Source: Candidatus Helarchaeota archaeon (GTDB lineage Archaea > Asgardarchaeota > Lokiarchaeia > Helarchaeales > RDOG01). From it: DNA of 49,419 bases. Shown piece by piece: positions 46,094 through 49,419 of the stretch. Location of the stretch: NCBI GenBank assembly GCA_029838215.1, contig JALGVI010000021.1, positions 1 through 49,419 on the forward strand, given 5' to 3'. Both the position numbers and the translations under genes were made by a program. Each line of letters starts with the position of its first letter. Positions within the stretch are counted from its first letter, which is position 1. The notes beneath the pieces were generated by a model. The model worked only from the letters and a program-made list of their open reading frames with translations. It ran no database searches and was not told the origin of the DNA.

Positions 46094-47014
46094 ATGAAAA
46101 CTCTGGTCATCGCCCTGGGAGGAAATGCCCTAATCAAGCCGGGTCAGAAGGGGACCATCGAAGAAATGCATTCCAACTTGCGAGCCCCGATTCGCCAGAT
46201 CGCAGGGATGCTAGATGAATATAACATCATCATCACGCACGGAAATGGTCCTCAAGTAGGTAATCTTCTCTTACAACAAGAATCATGTGGTGTAAAATCC
46301 GACCGAATAACGAAAATGCCGCTCGGAATACTAGTGGCAGAGACGCAAGGTCAAATCGGTTTTTTAATTGAGTCCACATTAGATGAAGAATTAATGCGGC
46401 TCGGTATTGACGAACAACAACTTTTCCTTACTGTTTTAACATACGTGGAAGTGGATCCCAATGATCCTGCTTTTAAGAATCCCACGAAACCGATCGGTCC
46501 TACATATTCAAAACCGAAGCCGGGATTCGTGCAAACTTCAAAAGGATGGCGTCGTGTCGTGGCATCTCCAAAGCCGCTCAAGATCTTCCAATGGCGCGAA
46601 ATCAAGCGATTAATCGAAGATGACTTCATTGTCATAGCCTGTGGCGGTGGTGGCATTCCGGTCGTAAAAGAAGGCAATTTCTTCAAGGGCATCGAAGCCG
46701 TCATTGATAAGGATCTGGCTAGTGCGCGACTCGCTCAGCAGGTCGATGCTGACGTGCTATTAATTGCAACTGATGTTGAAAAAGTCGCCTTGAATTTCGG
46801 AAAACCGAATCAAAAAGATTTGAATTCGTTATCTATTGCAGAAGCAAGGCAATACATGCTCGAAGGGCACTTCCCTCCCGGAAGCATGGGTCCAAAAATC
46901 CAAGCCGCACTCAATTTTCTTGAAACTGGTGGGAAACAGGCAATCATCACGTCAATAGAAAAAATAAAACCAGCCATTGATGGAAGGGCTGGAACCAAAA
47001 TCGGAGAATTTTAA
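46094..47014 (+). CDS. arcC: Carbamate kinase
   Basis: IALGGNAL, THGNGPQVG, GGGGIPV, AVIDKDLAS, GSMGPK. Confidence 0.95.
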   Translation: MKTLVIALGGNALIKPGQKGTIEEMHSNLRAPIRQIAGMLDEYNIIITHGNGPQVGNLLLQQESCGVKSDRITKMPLGILVAETQGQIGFLIESTLDEELMRLGIDEQQLFLTVLTYVEVDPNDPAFKNPTKPIGPTYSKPKPGFVQTSKGWRRVVASPKPLKIFQWREIKRLIEDDFIVIACGGGGIPVVKEGNFFKGIEAVIDKDLASARLAQQVDADVLLIATDVEKVALNFGKPNQKDLNSLSIAEARQYMLEGHFPPGSMGPKIQAALNFLETGGKQAIITSIEKIKPAIDGRAGTKIGEF

Positions 47015-47135
47015 GGAATTTATTTTTTCAATTTTGATCGTCAATAAATAAATTTAAAAAGATTTTAGAAGAATTTTTAACAATAAATGCAATAAGTGGA
47101 GAAAAATACCACGTGTTAATCAAGGAGATGGAACA

Positions 47136-47462
47136 ATGGGTACAATCTCAACAAGACTAAACGAAAACGAACTTAAATTACTTCATAAAATAATGGAAAT
47201 TGAGCACTTAGATCGTTCTTCTTTGCTCAGAAAATGGATCCTAGAGAAAATCGAGGAATTCTTCATGAAAAAGTATGGCGAAGCCATTCGAAAGGGAGAA
47301 TGTAGCATGGAAGAAGCCGCAAATCAGGCAAATGTAAGTCTTTGGCGAATGATAGAATATGTCCGGAATAACAATTTATGGCCGATGGATTCTCTGGATA
47401 ATGCGAAATTTGAATTGGAACAAGCAAGAAAAAAAAATATGAAAACGGAAAGAAAGTCATAA
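47136..47462 (+). CDS. UPF0175-family small DNA-binding, antitoxin-like protein
   Basis: RHH-like N-terminus TISTRL...DRSSLLRKWI and C-terminal GECSMEEAANQANVSLW; GGAG upstream. Confidence 0.7.
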   Translation: MGTISTRLNENELKLLHKIMEIEHLDRSSLLRKWILEKIEEFFMKKYGEAIRKGECSMEEAANQANVSLWRMIEYVRNNNLWPMDSLDNAKFELEQARKKNMKTERKS

Positions 47463-49225
47463 TGGCACGAATCTGACGACTATTGCAAGCACGACAATTG
47501 ATGCAACGATGATGGCTCCTGGAATCACCGAGCGAGTTCGCACGAAAAGATAATTATTGAGAATTCCAACCAAGATGAAAATTGCAATCCCACCGATCAT
47601 TCCCAGGAGAGGCAAGCTAATCATTATGGGCGACGCATCTAAATAACTTTGGTAAAATGGTAACAGAAAGATGCCGATGCAGGTTCCTTGAATCGTACCC
47701 GTGACGGTTGCAATGCCGAGAAATTGCGTCCAATTTCTAATTTCTGAACTTGGATTAAATAATCTGTTGAAGACAATGACGCGCAAGTAAATTTCTTCTA
47801 TGATTAGTGAAGCCGCAAGGATTGTTATCATTAAAATGATGTCAAACCAATTCTTCGGCATCTGGTAATTGACACTTGGAATTAGTGGAAGATAAATAAG
47901 TCCGAAGACTAAAAATGCCGCAAGGATCACGCCTATTAGCAAGGAGTGTAGAATCGTCTGGCGATCCGTCTTCATCTTGAATGATCCTGAGTTAAAGAAT
48001 TTGCGAAGGAAAATGATGGTTCCAATCAAGATAATGCCTAAAATTAATGCGTGTGCCAAAAATAGGTTGGTAATCAGCCCTGCGATTCTAAAAAAATATA
48101 AATTCGGAAAAATGAACAGGTTTAGGGGTATGACGGCGAAAGCTGCACCAATGAAAATTCCGCCCGTTCCAAGAATCGTGATCAAATTTGATTTCAAGGA
48201 ATGTTCTTTCTCTAACGGCTTATCTTCGTCTTCTTTTTGCTTTGATTTTCGTTTGTTTTCAAAATAATCAAGTGTATAGGAGAAAACTGGTGGAATGATC
48301 AGCAAGAAACCAATTTGTAAAAACTCGCTTCCAAAGACGGGATCATACCACGTGACTAAATCGTCTGTCGTGAGAGTGCCGTGGCTACTTCCCATGAGTG
48401 CCTGTTCCATCCAAGAGACGAGATCGACTATGAGAGCGGGATGATGCGGCTCTTGACCGTGATCAACACCTGCATACCTCATTAGTTTCGTGGCATTCCC
48501 CTGTGAAAAATCGCCGTAAAGAACACTTGCTTCTGCAGAAGAGTTTCCCGTGGCATTGTGCAAGTAGGACAATTGTTCTTCTTCCGTGGCTGCAAAGTCC
48601 GCCGTTCCATAGCATATCAAGAAATTCCGTGGATGCGAGGCATTCACGACCATTATCGGTGCGGTTTCAGCCAGGAGAGTGGGACTGCTCAAGTCATTCA
48701 AGAGATTGGCGAATAATTGAAATAACGTGTAATCCATGTTTTTCACGTATTTATCAACAATATTGATTATTTTCAGGGGTGCGCCGAGTTGCACGCAGGC
48801 ATTCACGCGAGGATCCAGTGCCGCAGTTCTTATCACGGTCATTCCTCCAAGGCTGTGTCCTGCGATCCCAATGGCGCTTTGATTCACGTCTGACCGCGCG
48901 AACAACCAATCAATGGCTCCCATCACGTCGAGTGGTTCAAACTGACTCAGCGAGCAATATCCCGTGCTAAATCCGTGAGCACGTAAATTAATCGTGAGAA
49001 CCAAGAATCCGTTGGATATTGCGCGGATGGCTCATAAGATTGAGGAAAATAGAGAAATCCTGAAATATCCGTGATTCCATCCCTACTTTTAAAAAAGACT
49101 GGCTGGTAACGCGCATGCAAATTTTGGACGAGCATGTCGTACGGTTGGAGTGCAAATCCAACTGCGAGCAAAACCAACCCCGTGATTAACACGTACTTTC
49201 TGATACCAGTCCATCGAATTTTCAT
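47457..49225 (-). pseudogene. Frameshifted membrane-bound alpha/beta hydrolase fused to a CPBP/Abi-like multi-TM domain
   Basis: ORF 49225-48947 encodes the N-terminal anchor plus FKSRDG...GFLYFP; ORF 49004-47457 encodes NGFLVLTINLRAHG, GHSLGG, GTAD and DH plus the TM region. The frame changes near 49013. Confidence 0.7.
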
Positions 49226-49419
49226 GATATATCACGGATTCAATCCGAATTTATTTTTATTCCTGATTCAAGTACTCAAACTCAGGCGAGGTACCACATG
49301 GGGGGCCAAAATCTACACTTACTTTTGTTCAGGATCATTGAAAAGATATCACGTTTATTTTCTTCTTGCCAATGTAGCGATATGATTTTGCAATCAAGCC
49401 GGATTTATGATAGAGATTG

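Noticed and set aside
17067-49385. Short antisense or alternate-frame ORFs over the other genes (e.g. 26922-27305, 30911-31300, 37897-38238, 46351-46704, 49134-49385)
   Set aside because: They lie within better-supported genes. The Ser/Phe/Leu-rich translations are what the reverse of E/K-rich coding sequence produces.
49335-49418. Possible 3' end of a minus-strand gene (NLYHKSGLIAKSYRYIGKKKINVISFQ*), faintly GNAT-like
   Set aside because: Only 27 codons are visible at the window edge, too little to support a call.

Overview
A gene-dense, AT-rich window. It most likely comes from an Asgard archaeon; this is inferred from a Rag/Arf-like GTPase with a roadblock-like tail, a longin-like protein, a PH/GRAM-like protein, archaeal-type SMC and sequon-rich surface proteins. 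Bases 2-16654 are the 3' part of one giant (>5,500 aa, 5'-truncated) single-pass surface protein. It carries Ig-like repeat arrays, a beta-helix-like segment, a DOMON/CBM9-like module, a membrane-proximal GPS/ZU5-like HFS motif, one TM helix and a cytoplasmic RING-type Zn finger, which together resemble a receptor. Next come a MoxR-type AAA+/VWA pair, a 938-aa helical protein and a longin-like protein. An SMC-kleisin locus follows with TWO divergent ScpB (kite) paralogues, split by a SWIM protein and an HhH-Rag-like GTPase. The right half holds metabolic and unknown genes, including a CYTH/phosphoesterase/SPS-like glycosyltransferase operon, an arcE-arcB-arcC arginine catabolism cluster without arginine deiminase, and a frameshifted membrane hydrolase. 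No rRNA, tRNA, CRISPR array or mobile element was recognised. All family assignments come from motifs read by eye; no database search was run.
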